Made by a program: the position numbers and the translations under genes | Shown: piece by piece, positions 7,714 to 16,715 of the stretch | How positions within the stretch are numbered: position 1 is the first letter of the stretch | How the letters are laid out: each line of letters starts with the position of its first letter | Notes under the pieces: generated by a model | Told to the model about the DNA's origin: nothing | The model's database searches: none | Seen by the model: the letters and a program-made list of their open reading frames with translations, nothing else | Origin: a virus | Taxonomy: Duplodnaviria > Caudoviricetes | Direction: 5' to 3' (one strand) | Length of the DNA stretch: 35,058 bases | Virus record (IMG/VR): IMGVR_UViG_3300035562_000025 | Location: 1 to 35,058 of that record

Positions 7714-9932
7714 TATTTGGGTCCTCCTGTGCCTCTGTTTCCGTCCTGCACGTTGTAGGCGTTGACCGCCTCCGCCAGAACGTGGCCATCCACGACCAAC
7801 TGTGTGGTCACGTTAACCGGTGGCGTGGCCTGTGCTCCCGCCTGTGCCTGCTGCGGGGTAGCGTTGTTTTGCGGCCCTGGTGCCATGCCTGGACCGCTTG
7901 CCCCTGGCGAGACATCGGCGACTTGTGCAGGAGAGACGGATGCGCTTCCGGCGCTGCTCTGTTGGTCGTCCAGATAGCGCTGGATCCACTGCTCGTTTTC
8001 CGTTGAGTAACCTTCACCGAACTGGTACCAGGGCTGGTATTTTTTGCGGGCCGCGTCGATGGTGGTCTGCGGGTATTTAGCGCGGATCTGTTTCCAGCGT
8101 TCCTCGCTGCCCGTTACGGCTGCGTCTTCTTCGGGCGTGGTCATGGTGGCCAGGGCGGTGGCGGTTCCGCCAATGCCGAGGATTTTCCCGACGGTTCCCA
8201 ACAGTCCGCCCCCTTTGGCCGCTGTAGCCACGGCGGTCGTGGTGGCAGCCGCAGCACCGGTCGCGGCTCCTGCGCCGCCCGTCAGGAACTTAATCCCCGC
8301 AAAGGCCACCGCAGCAGCAGTCATCGACTGGATAGCAGTCGTGGCCCCGGCAGCGGCCGCCGCCAGCCCAGGGAATTCCTGACCCAGCCGAGACGCCTGG
8401 TCAGCGGCGCTTCCAACCGCGTCCGCCAGTTTTTTGACGCTGTCCATCTGTGCAAAATCGGCTGTGTTCTTTGCCTGCTCGACCTTGTAATCGTTGGTAT
8501 TAGCAATAAATTCAAAATCTTCATCCCCGGCCCGTTTACCAACAGGTAAGGTGCGCTGCTGGTTAATTTCCGCCTCGACCTGTTTCCGGTACTCTGGATT
8601 ATTACGGTAGGCCAGCAAGCCCATCAGCGCCTGACGGTCTGCCATAATCTTGCCGACGCCACTCCCCTCCAGGATGGTGGCCATTGACTCCATCACGGCG
8701 CGGCGTTCGCCGTCGTCTTTCGTGCTGGCCATCTTCGCCTGGAGCTGCTGATAGCGCTTATCGCTGCCCACCACCTTGTCCACCACACGGGAGAACGCTT
8801 CGATAGGGTCAATTCCTTTTTCGCGGGCGTTCGCCAGTGTGCCAGGCAAGTCGATACCGTGGCCGTTGATCTTGATACGAGCAGCCGAATCTGCCGCCTC
8901 ACGGCTGGTGAGTTTGGCCAGCAGGTTGACGACGTTATTCCCGGCTTCGTCGCTGCTGCCCGCCGTGACCCCGGCGGCTTCGTTCAGGGTCAACAGTTTG
9001 GTGAAGTCGTCCATGCCCTTCATCCCGGCAGCCCCCGCTGCGGCCATCTGTGGGGCCAACCAACGGGCCATGTCTTTAAGTTCAAAGTTACCGGCCTTAC
9101 CGGCGGCGATGGACATATTCAACATGGTGGAAATGTCTTCGTCCTTCATGCCGAACGACTGCTTGCCTTTGATGGCCAGCGTGGCAAGGTCAAGCGCAGA
9201 CGCGCCGGAAGCGGTGGCGCTTTTCATCAGTTCAGGCAGGAGCTTGTTCGCGGAGTCGTAGGACACGACGCCGCTGGCCAGCATCTGGTTCATCGCTTCT
9301 GAGGCATCTTCTTTGGTGCCGCCACCGTAACCCACCGCCTGGCGGATGCTGGTCTTCAACTTGTCACGCCCTGCCAACCGTCCTGCCTGGCCACCGTCGC
9401 CAAATGCGGTATTCGCCATCATGGAGAGCTGGCGTTCATACACCATCTGACGGTTGACGGGGGCGGCTGTCATGGCGACACCTGCAGCCAGTCCTCCCGC
9501 AATGCTCATGGTATTGCTGCCAATGCGTTTGGCTTCAGCCATGCGGCTAAAGCCGCGCATCTCCTGGCGCAGCTCCCGGATGCGGCCTTTCATCGCCCGG
9601 AAGGCTTTATCCTGCTCCCGGGCGGACGCCACGCCGCTTCGTGCCAGGCGGTTGTAACTGGCGATGGTCTGGGCTATTTCGCGTTGGACGGTGCGCTCGG
9701 AGCGAACGCCAAGATTTTCCCGGGCCGCAGCAGCGCGTCGGGATTCCTCCGCCGCTGTCCTGGCACTTCTGGCGCTTTGCTCGCCGCTTTTCTTCGCGGC
9801 ATCGCCCGCACTACCGACCGCTTTTTCCGCGTCTGTAGCGGCTTTGGTGGTGAGTTTCAGGCCTTTGACCAGTACCGCAGAGGCGTCATCCTTTGCGGAC
9901 AGGGTCATACCAACTTTGAAGTTACCGGCCAT
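7713..9932 (-). CDS. Tail tape measure protein
   Basis: 739-aa Ala/Gly-rich helical protein with AGKAGNFELKDMA motif, between the chaperone and gpN. Confidence 0.92.
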   Translation of the reverse strand: MAGNFKVGMTLSAKDDASAVLVKGLKLTTKAATDAEKAVGSAGDAAKKSGEQSARSARTAAEESRRAAAARENLGVRSERTVQREIAQTIASYNRLARSGVASAREQDKAFRAMKGRIRELRQEMRGFSRMAEAKRIGSNTMSIAGGLAAGVAMTAAPVNRQMVYERQLSMMANTAFGDGGQAGRLAGRDKLKTSIRQAVGYGGGTKEDASEAMNQMLASGVVSYDSANKLLPELMKSATASGASALDLATLAIKGKQSFGMKDEDISTMLNMSIAAGKAGNFELKDMARWLAPQMAAAGAAGMKGMDDFTKLLTLNEAAGVTAGSSDEAGNNVVNLLAKLTSREAADSAARIKINGHGIDLPGTLANAREKGIDPIEAFSRVVDKVVGSDKRYQQLQAKMASTKDDGERRAVMESMATILEGSGVGKIMADRQALMGLLAYRNNPEYRKQVEAEINQQRTLPVGKRAGDEDFEFIANTNDYKVEQAKNTADFAQMDSVKKLADAVGSAADQASRLGQEFPGLAAAAAGATTAIQSMTAAAVAFAGIKFLTGGAGAATGAAAATTTAVATAAKGGGLLGTVGKILGIGGTATALATMTTPEEDAAVTGSEERWKQIRAKYPQTTIDAARKKYQPWYQFGEGYSTENEQWIQRYLDDQQSSAGSASVSPAQVADVSPGASGPGMAPGPQNNATPQQAQAGAQATPPVNVTTQLVVDGHVLAEAVNAYNVQDGNRGTGGPK

Positions 9933-10167
9933 TGCGGGATTTCCCTTTTTTACGTTTCGTTCTGCGGGATTTAAAGGACTGGTGGGTGACGGTGGGATCC
10001 TTTTTCCCTGGCTTGTTGCCGTTCAGTTTGCTGAGGGCCGCAAGTCTGCCGTCCAGTTCCGGACGGCTCATTTGCATTATTTGGTCTTCGGTGATGCCGT
10101 ATCGTCCGAGGGCAAGGGCGGCGAGTCGGAGTCCGGCGAGCCGGGATTCCCGCCGTTCCGCTTTACC
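9922..10167 (-). CDS. -1 frameshift extension of the tail assembly chaperone (gpGT-like)
   Basis: An open -1 frame (GKAERRESRLAGLRLAALALGRYGITEDQIMQMSRPELDGRLAALSKLNG...KGKSRNGR*) fills the gap to the tape measure gene. It starts at G_GTA_AAG (10167-10161) and has no upstream start codon of its own. Confidence 0.72.
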   Translation of the reverse strand, partial: GKAERRESRLAGLRLAALALGRYGITEDQIMQMSRPELDGRLAALSKLNGNKPGKKDPTVTHQSFKSRRTKRKKGKSRNGR

Positions 10168-10475
10168 TTCAGACGTTTAACCGCTGCACTCAGCACGTCA
10201 TAGTCGTCTTCAGTCAGGTAGTCATTTAACAGCTCCGCCGTCAGTTCCTCTGGAGGAATGTCGCCAAGGCGGATCAGTGCCCCCGCAAAGACCGCCGTTC
10301 TGTAGAACGAATCCGCCGCGTAGCCCTCAATGGTGCCGTACTTATCCTCCGTCTCCTCAAGGGCCTGGCCGGTGATCTTCATCACCGGCAAACGGATCTC
10401 AAAGTCAAAATGGAAGGCGTCGCCGAACGGAACGCCATCCAGCAATTTTCCAGTCTCAGTTTTTACCTGTGTCAT
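10077..10475 (-). CDS. Tail assembly chaperone (short form)
   Basis: Acidic 132-aa protein between tail tube and tape measure, with a low-complexity tail after a slippery site. Confidence 0.8.
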   Translation of the reverse strand: MTQVKTETGKLLDGVPFGDAFHFDFEIRLPVMKITGQALEETEDKYGTIEGYAADSFYRTAVFAGALIRLGDIPPEELTAELLNDYLTEDDYDVLSAAVKRLKVKRNGGNPGSPDSDSPPLPSDDTASPKTK

Positions 10476-10846
10476 GCGTCAACCTTACTCAATGCAGCCA
10501 GTTTGATATCGACTTTAGCTTCATTGTCGACGGTGTATTTTTCCCCCACCTCCGTGGTGAAGCAATCCAGGTAGGAGGTCCGCTGACTGCTGTTATTCAG
10601 TGGATAAATGGAGACCTTCACGCCTTCCAGATTCTCCCAGTCCGGCTCGTCAGTGTCAGGAATAACCGCAGACACTGACAGCTCATAGGTGGCGATACCC
10701 CGGGAAAAGCCTTTCGCCTTGCCGGTTTTATTCATCGTCTTGACGAGCTTACGACCCGTTGCGATTTGTACGTCCAGGTCGGTAATTTCGATTTCCTGGC
10801 TGTCGATCTCCAGCACAATCGAACCGACGTATTCTTCAAGCGCCAT
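10472..10846 (-). CDS. Tail tube protein
   Basis: 124 aa, directly after the sheath, beta-rich, preceded by AGGAGGG. Confidence 0.82.
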   Translation of the reverse strand: MALEEYVGSIVLEIDSQEIEITDLDVQIATGRKLVKTMNKTGKAKGFSRGIATYELSVSAVIPDTDEPDWENLEGVKVSIYPLNNSSQRTSYLDCFTTEVGEKYTVDNEAKVDIKLAALSKVDA

Positions 10847-10858
10847 GGGTAGCCCTCC

Positions 10859-12280
10859 TTACAAAATCATATCGATGCGGCCTGCGAAAACGTGCAGACC
10901 ATTGACGACGTCAGCCGGAATAACCGAATCACAGCGGTTAGGATCAAAGCCACTTTTCTTGACGATCAGCTTGTCCTTGTTGGCGGCCACGTTCTCCAGG
11001 ATTTCTGCCTCATCCAGCTTGGTCAGCACGTCGTACAGCTCGCTCTGAACCTTCGGCGGGGTACGTGTGCTGAGCTTTTCACGCGGGAAGCGCAGGCTCA
11101 TGCGATCGCGGCAGGCTTTGCGGGTGTAATCCAGCGTGCGAATGGAGGTAATATCCAACAGTGCGGGGTCTTCAACACCTTGCTGATTGACGATGTACGA
11201 GCTGACCGCACGGACAATCTGCACCGTATTACCAGGGCCGACCTCAATCGGGGTAAGGCCGTTATACAAGGCGCTTTCCTGCTCGTTGCGGCCTTCGCGC
11301 TGCGTCATGGCCACAATATCCATCCCTTTTAGTGGGAGGGTGTTCAGCGGACGGGCCGGGTCTTCTTCGCTGGCCATCACCGCGCCATACGTCGCCGCAA
11401 GGATGGCGGGCAACTTTTGCGAACCGCGATACCAGGGAATGGAAACTCGCCCATCGTTCACGTGGGTGGCGAGCGTTGTCCCCGTCCCGAGGCTGCCTAC
11501 CCAGCCAGCACAACCGACCGCGCCGCGCTGCTCCATCGCGCTACCGGTGCTGGTCAGGTGTTCACTTAGCGCCGCCAGTGCATCATCGGTGTTGAAAGGA
11601 CAGATAAGAATGTTATGGCCAGCAGCAAAGACGGCATCCAGCGCGGGCTGAATATCGGGATCCATTTCACCGCCCGCCATAGGGGTGAGGGTGAGCGTCA
11701 ACCCGGTTACGGTGGTGCTGGCCTGTAACGTGATGCCATTACCCCATTCGCCAAAGGTGTTGGCTGAGACCGTGAGCTGGCTGTTCTCCGTGTCAAACGC
11801 ACCTGAGACCAGGAGCGTCGGGTCCTGCTCCATCGCCGCTACCAGGGCCGGAATAATAGCTTGCGGCTTGTCGCCACTGGCCACATTCACGGCAACCTGT
11901 TTCCCGGCAATCCACAGAGAGAGCGTCCCGGTCTTTGTTGCCGTGCCTGCAATCTTCAGGCTACCCCCAGCCGCTACCCCGGCCTCTCCATTTTCAATGC
12001 CGATAACATCCAGTTGAAGATAGCTGTTGGCCGTGATGGCCGCGCTGGCCATGTTGGCTGCCAGCGAACCCGCACCGAAATAAGCCCCAGCTTCATCGTC
12101 CGAGAACACCGAAACAGCGGTCAGCGGCTCGGCGGTGCCGGTGGATAACATCGGCCCGATCACCAGAACGCGCTGAGGGTTCCCAGGGAGCGTGTTAACC
12201 GCCAGGCGGGTGTTAAATTCAATGTATGTTCCCGGTTTGCGGATACTGTTCGGGATGGTGTCAAACTGGATCTCACTCAT
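10859..12280 (-). CDS. Contractile tail sheath protein (Mu gpL-like)
   Basis: I.FDTIP.SIRKPG.Y.EF, FG.GS, EEDPARPLNTL.L, IRTLDY.R and IPADVVNGLHV motifs. Start placed at MSEIQ. Confidence 0.95.
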   Translation of the reverse strand: MSEIQFDTIPNSIRKPGTYIEFNTRLAVNTLPGNPQRVLVIGPMLSTGTAEPLTAVSVFSDDEAGAYFGAGSLAANMASAAITANSYLQLDVIGIENGEAGVAAGGSLKIAGTATKTGTLSLWIAGKQVAVNVASGDKPQAIIPALVAAMEQDPTLLVSGAFDTENSQLTVSANTFGEWGNGITLQASTTVTGLTLTLTPMAGGEMDPDIQPALDAVFAAGHNILICPFNTDDALAALSEHLTSTGSAMEQRGAVGCAGWVGSLGTGTTLATHVNDGRVSIPWYRGSQKLPAILAATYGAVMASEEDPARPLNTLPLKGMDIVAMTQREGRNEQESALYNGLTPIEVGPGNTVQIVRAVSSYIVNQQGVEDPALLDITSIRTLDYTRKACRDRMSLRFPREKLSTRTPPKVQSELYDVLTKLDEAEILENVAANKDKLIVKKSGFDPNRCDSVIPADVVNGLHVFAGRIDMIL

Positions 12281-12521
12281 TCTCGGACGCCTTCTTGGTT
12301 GCTTTATCCTGAGTGGTTTCGACTTTATTGGCCGGAACCTGCCCGCCGGAAGCCGCTGGCGGCGTATCGTTAACCAGCAGCAAATCGCCATCTTTCAGGG
12401 CGCGGCGATAATAGGCCGAGCTTTCAACCTCGACCGGCTCCCCGGTGATGTAGTTTTTTACGTCGCGCTCCTTCGGGAACTGACTCACGCCCGGGGCCGC
12501 TTTAACTTTGATTGTTGCCAT
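12273..12521 (-). CDS. Mu gp38-like protein (DUF2635)
   Basis: I.VKAA.G...P.E and V....YY.R...DGDL motifs, immediately upstream of the sheath. Confidence 0.85.
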   Translation of the reverse strand: MATIKVKAAPGVSQFPKERDVKNYITGEPVEVESSAYYRRALKDGDLLLVNDTPPAASGGQVPANKVETTQDKATKKASENE

Positions 12522-13170
12522 TGTTCTCTTTCCTCAGTTCGACCAGGTCTTCGGGGTCATCTGCCGGTGCCGTTCCTGGCTGGTGATAGCGCATCCCGAT
12601 ACGCAATAAATCAGGGGCAGGGTCGGACAGTTCGCCCCGGTAGGTATTAAACGCCGCGTCCGGTGCATCGGGGTCTGCCGACCGCTCAGGCCATTGGCCA
12701 TTCTCCAGTGCCAACTCCATCCACTTCGTATCGAATTCACAGGCAAAGACGGATGCCGCCTTGTCCTCCGTCTTTGAGTTAAACAGGGTGCGGACCCGGC
12801 CTGGCTCGAAATAGTCGATTTTCATCCCTAAATCTTGGCCGGTGATGAGTCGGCGAACCGACTCCACCAGGAGGTTGGTCCCGACCTCATTCAGATTGAC
12901 GCCGCCGTGTCGGGTGCTCTGTTCGTCGCGGGTGTTGTAGTCGCCGACCACGACCACAAAACGCCCCGTTACTACCCGTTTCTGGCGAGAGGTGCTGGAA
13001 CGTTCGGTCTTTTGGATACCGCCGAACGTGACCCAGACGCCAGGGAGACGATGGAGGATCCTCCCCATGTCGTCGTCCAGCTCGCCCGCGTAGGTGGTCA
13101 CATCGTGAACCATCGCCCCAAGGCCACGACGCAGACGGTCGACCAGTGCCAATTCAATATCGGTAATCAA
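12502..13170 (-). CDS. Mu gp37-like neck/tail terminator protein (DUF1834)
   Basis: IE.A...RL, V.TY.GE.D, P.VWVTFGG and L.GQ.LG....PG.VR.LF motifs, plus synteny. Confidence 0.85.
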   Translation of the reverse strand: MITDIELALVDRLRRGLGAMVHDVTTYAGELDDDMGRILHRLPGVWVTFGGIQKTERSSTSRQKRVVTGRFVVVVGDYNTRDEQSTRHGGVNLNEVGTNLLVESVRRLITGQDLGMKIDYFEPGRVRTLFNSKTEDKAASVFACEFDTKWMELALENGQWPERSADPDAPDAAFNTYRGELSDPAPDLLRIGMRYHQPGTAPADDPEDLVELRKENNGNNQS

Positions 13171-13598
13171 AACGCCCCCCCGCGAGTCGACTCACGACCG
13201 AACTGGCGAACACCGGAATAAATCCGCATCTGAGACGATGACTGGATCACACCGCCGGAGGTGTCGCGCCCGAGATTAATCTTGCCGCTGGCCACTTTCT
13301 CCAAAAACTTGATCGCGTCGTCATAGCGCAGGCGAATTTCCTCGGACAAAATCCGGTAATCAGTGGCCAGTTGGTAACGGGTAATGTCACAGCAGTAGCC
13401 GATCAAGATCCCTGGGCTGTCTGGCCACGGTGTTTTGTAACGCCCCACCAAATAACCATCAATGACGTTGCTGGCACGCTCCAGCGCGAAGGTCAGCTTG
13501 TCGTTATCGACCGCGCCGGTACGTTTTTCATCGGTCAGTGAGACGGTTTCCCGTTCGCTGAAGGTTTTAACGAACTGCTCTGGTGTGGCGTAACTCAT
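13167..13598 (-). CDS. Mu gp36-like head-tail adaptor (DUF1320)
   Basis: MSYAT, AL..AS..IDGYL..RY..P, CDI.RY.L and RY..A..FL..VA.GK..LG motifs. Confidence 0.92.
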   Translation of the reverse strand: MSYATPEQFVKTFSERETVSLTDEKRTGAVDNDKLTFALERASNVIDGYLVGRYKTPWPDSPGILIGYCCDITRYQLATDYRILSEEIRLRYDDAIKFLEKVASGKINLGRDTSGGVIQSSSQMRIYSGVRQFGRESTRGGAF

Positions 13599-13600
13599 GA

Positions 13601-14086
13601 TTATTTCCCTTTCTTGGTGGCGGCTTCCAACTGCGCAGTCAGGTCTGCGACCTTCTGGCGTTCACCGTCCAGCTCTGTGGTCAGTTCGCTGGTCTTCTGA
13701 CGCTCATCTTCCAACTGTTGAGTGGCTTCGGAGCGAACATCCTCATGCAAATCGAGAATGCTTTTATTTTTTGCCTGTTCGTCAGCCAGTTGGCTTGTCA
13801 GCGTGGCGATCTGATTTTTGGCGTCGACCTCCTGACTCACCAGGATTTGAATATCCCCCTCAAGCTGAAGAATTTTTTGCTTCAGTCCGTCGAGCTGGTC
13901 GCCCCCGCTGTTTGCCGCATCGTCTTTGTTACGGATGGCCACGACCAGCATCGGCTCGGCCTGAAGTTGCTCCAGTTGAGTTTTCGAAAAGCGTGACAGC
14001 GGGTAGGTCTGGGTCTGATCGCTGTGGGTCATGCCCGCACGACGGAAGCCTTCACGCTTGGCCGTGATATCGATAACCTTTTCCAT
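13601..14086 (-). CDS. Mu gp35/HI1506-like protein with coiled-coil extension
   Basis: I.AKR.GFRRAG..H and L..L.AEPML.V motifs, followed by heptad repeats. Confidence 0.75.
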   Translation of the reverse strand: MEKVIDITAKREGFRRAGMTHSDQTQTYPLSRFSKTQLEQLQAEPMLVVAIRNKDDAANSGGDQLDGLKQKILQLEGDIQILVSQEVDAKNQIATLTSQLADEQAKNKSILDLHEDVRSEATQQLEDERQKTSELTTELDGERQKVADLTAQLEAATKKGK

Positions 14087-14089
14087 GTC

Positions 14090-14995
14090 TTACGCCTCCG
14101 TACCAGTAGAACCGTAGGCCGTTTGTGGCAAGCCATAGCCACCGTTCGCCCGCGCCTCTACACCGAACTTCCATTCACCGCGCATAAACGCATCGTCTGA
14201 GTCCAAACCGGTCTGCTCTACTGGGTGCGGTGCTTCACGCTCCTGGTAGAGGAAAGGCATTAACAGCTGGCTGGTGTCCAGTAAATACCACGCGGTATCG
14301 CTGGTCAGACGAGGCCACACGACAACCTCACAGGCTCCTTTATAAATATTGGTTTCATCCCCTAATTTCTCTGCCGTCATCAGGGTGTTGGCCTCATCCT
14401 GCAATGTGGGTGAAACCAGCAGAATGTTCGGGCTGATCCCCAGTGGCTCACCGTCTTCATTCTTGAGTGTCTGCATCTGTGTGCGGGCCGCACCGAAAGA
14501 GGCTTTAGCTGCTGCAACGGATGAACTGGACAGCTTTTTCGCCCCCTTGTTGGAGAAGGTGCCAGCGCCTACCGGGTGGTCGGTGTCAAAAAAATACTGG
14601 CCGTCATAACAGAACGAATTAAAACCGTTGTTGATAAGGCCCGCGACAATGCGATCGGGAAGGTGTGCGCCTGATTTACCGGCGGCATTCGCTTTCACCG
14701 CGTACTGACCCGTAGTGTCGTCCTTCAGGTCATTACGCTTGACCGTGATCGTGGCTTCCCAGTCCTTATTAATAACGGTGTAATTAAATGCCGAAAGCGC
14801 TTTAAGAACCTTGTCTCCAATCCATTCGCGCATTTCCGGGAAGTCTGACAGCCAGCCGTAATCATTGGCTTTGCCGTCAGAGGGGACTTTTTGCGCCACC
14901 TTATTCCACATTGTCGGCGTGCCTTTTAACGCATTCATAAACGTGGTTTTAAGGTTGACGAAAAACACCTGAATATTCGCCTTGTTAACAATCAT
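14090..14995 (-). CDS. Major capsid protein (Mu gpT-like)
   Basis: YGWL..FP.MREWIGD, N..WE.T..V.R....DD, CYDGQYFFDTDHPV and FG..AR...GYG..Q.AYGS motifs. Confidence 0.95.
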   Translation of the reverse strand: MIVNKANIQVFFVNLKTTFMNALKGTPTMWNKVAQKVPSDGKANDYGWLSDFPEMREWIGDKVLKALSAFNYTVINKDWEATITVKRNDLKDDTTGQYAVKANAAGKSGAHLPDRIVAGLINNGFNSFCYDGQYFFDTDHPVGAGTFSNKGAKKLSSSSVAAAKASFGAARTQMQTLKNEDGEPLGISPNILLVSPTLQDEANTLMTAEKLGDETNIYKGACEVVVWPRLTSDTAWYLLDTSQLLMPFLYQEREAPHPVEQTGLDSDDAFMRGEWKFGVEARANGGYGLPQTAYGSTGTEA

Positions 14996-15009
14996 TTTTT
15001 TATTACTCC

Positions 15010-15408
15010 TTAAGAGATGTAAACCCAGACGCCATCTGGAGAAACTTCGATCACCGTCCCGGCGGTACGTTTTGAATCGGGGTCAACGGCGACGGTCACG
15101 CTGTCCGCTACCTGGCAACGTCTGCCGACCAGCGCCTGCGTCACCGGCTTGGCTGAGCTGTTAGCCAGACAAAAACCGGCTTCACGTCGGATGTTTACAA
15201 CAACATCGCCGTCTGCGCCGTCGGTGTTGTCGACAAACTCGTCGGAAATACCAATGACAGCCAGATTATCGGTGTCGCTGCCCTTGTCGGCGGGAACGGT
15301 GAAACCGTCCTCGTTGATGGCGACCATATGGCCACCGTAAATTTTTACACCGCTGGCCACCTTGAAGGGGATGAGCAGCCCGTCTTTACGCCACGTATTA
15401 CGATCCAT
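15010..15408 (-). CDS. Putative capsid decoration/cement protein
   Basis: 132-aa beta-rich protein between protease and capsid, with GV.IY.G..V, DNT.GADGD..V and GVWV motifs. Confidence 0.6.
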   Translation of the reverse strand: MDRNTWRKDGLLIPFKVASGVKIYGGHMVAINEDGFTVPADKGSDTDNLAVIGISDEFVDNTDGADGDVVVNIRREAGFCLANSSAKPVTQALVGRRCQVADSVTVAVDPDSKRTAGTVIEVSPDGVWVYIS

Positions 15409-15412
15409 AGGG

Positions 15413-15991
15413 TTAGTCCTTCAGTAATTTGGCCATTTCTGCCGGGTCGTTGCCGAACTGATTACACAGCGCGATTTGTTCGGCGGTTAACTGCGCTACG
15501 CTGATTTTGTCTTCCGGTTTCGGGGGAATAATGGTGTCGCTCTGCTGGCTGGTCAGGGCGGCAATTCTCGGTGCGGTGTCCAACCAGGACTTGAGCGCGG
15601 CCACGTCCTTTTTGCCGTAGTCCTTCGCCCAGTTCTCCTGAACCGGCAACAAGCGCCCATCCGACAATGCGGCTTGAACCAGCGTGTCGACTTCAGCGGT
15701 GCTGGAGTTCTGCGACAACGCCACCAGGCGCGTCTGTAATTCGGTCACGACCTCAATCGGGGAGTGTTTCGCCGGGTCATAGGCATTGGCTGACAGGCTG
15801 GCGATTTGTTCATCGCGTTGTGCCAGCAGCGCAAGCAGACCGACAGAGGCGGCAGCTGTGCCCTGGCCCTGAGAGATGGCATTGATTACTTTTTGCAACT
15901 CACCCTTGATGTCCTCGGGGGTTGAACTCACTGGCATGTTTAACATCCAGCGCAGGCTGGTTAGGAGGTCTGCTAAATATTCGTCATCCAC
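15413..15991 (-). CDS. Putative internally initiated scaffolding protein (Mu gpZ-like)
   Basis: In-frame GTG at 15991 preceded by GGAG-9 nt, right after the protease domain. The remainder looks helical. Confidence 0.55.
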   Translation of the reverse strand: MDDEYLADLLTSLRWMLNMPVSSTPEDIKGELQKVINAISQGQGTAAASVGLLALLAQRDEQIASLSANAYDPAKHSPIEVVTELQTRLVALSQNSSTAEVDTLVQAALSDGRLLPVQENWAKDYGKKDVAALKSWLDTAPRIAALTSQQSDTIIPPKPEDKISVAQLTAEQIALCNQFGNDPAEMAKLLKD

Positions 15992-16507
15992 GATGGTGGT
16001 CTCCAATTCGGTTGATAAGGACGCCAGACGACTGGCGGCGGCAAGCATGACCTCGTCCATGTCGTCTAACGCAGGGGTGTTTGTGAGCGCGGCGTGAAGC
16101 AGTTGGCGAACTTCGCCGCGTTTGTTGTAGCTAAAGACAGGGGAAATAAAGCGGTATTCCTTCGCGGCAATCATCGCGGCGGCGTTAGCCGTCCATTCGA
16201 CGCCGACGGCATATAAACCATCACCTTCGCGCCATTCCACCTTGCTGAACCAGCCAGCCGCTGGGGCGGGCTGGCCGTTCTTGGCGCTGTGCAACGTTTG
16301 ATGTTCGTAGTCAATGACGAACGGGGTCTTTGCAGCGTCGACTTGCGCCACCAGAGCTGCGGCAAGCGTGGCGTTAATAACCCATTTTCCGCCGTCGACG
16401 TCAGTCGGGCGACCATCGACGCCAGCAAACTCTCCGGCGGGGAACAGCTGGATCTCGTTGGCGCTGCTGTTAATTTCGAGGGCTAAAGCCGCAATACGTG
16501 TTTTCAT
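15413..16507 (-). CDS. Prohead protease/scaffold (Mu gpI-like)
   Basis: IQL.PAGEF...DGRP, IDYEHQT, APAAGW, EYR.ISPVF and ALTN.PAL motifs. Start placed at MKTR. Confidence 0.94.
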   Translation of the reverse strand: MKTRIAALALEINSSANEIQLFPAGEFAGVDGRPTDVDGGKWVINATLAAALVAQVDAAKTPFVIDYEHQTLHSAKNGQPAPAAGWFSKVEWREGDGLYAVGVEWTANAAAMIAAKEYRFISPVFSYNKRGEVRQLLHAALTNTPALDDMDEVMLAAASRLASLSTELETTIVDDEYLADLLTSLRWMLNMPVSSTPEDIKGELQKVINAISQGQGTAAASVGLLALLAQRDEQIASLSANAYDPAKHSPIEVVTELQTRLVALSQNSSTAEVDTLVQAALSDGRLLPVQENWAKDYGKKDVAALKSWLDTAPRIAALTSQQSDTIIPPKPEDKISVAQLTAEQIALCNQFGNDPAEMAKLLKD

Positions 16508-16514
16508 GGCCAGC

Positions 16515-16560
16515 ATGATGACGCGCTTCGGATAGGGGTAGCGGCTGAGAGGGTTCAGCG
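16515..16560 (-). promoter_or_regulatory. Putative late promoter upstream of the protease (PI-like)
   Basis: GCTGA-ACCCTC-TCAGC-CGCTACCCC, with CATCAT at 16520-16515 in the same register as the other two copies. Confidence 0.75.
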
Positions 16561-16715
16561 CTTAGATGTGTTTAATGCAGAGGGGACTGGAGGCTGAACC
16601 GCTTTTAAACCCTTTTTAAAAACGATTGTAAGCGGTTTTAACCGGGTAAGTGTCATCGGACTGCATTCGAGGGTACTGGAACGCGTAGCGGGGATTACAG
16701 CGCGTTTGTGTATGC

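Noticed and set aside
7680-12650. Many long + strand ORFs over the tape measure and sheath genes
   Set aside because: Antisense shadows of GC-rich genes, with no evident RBS or motifs. The same applies to most other + strand ORFs in the track.
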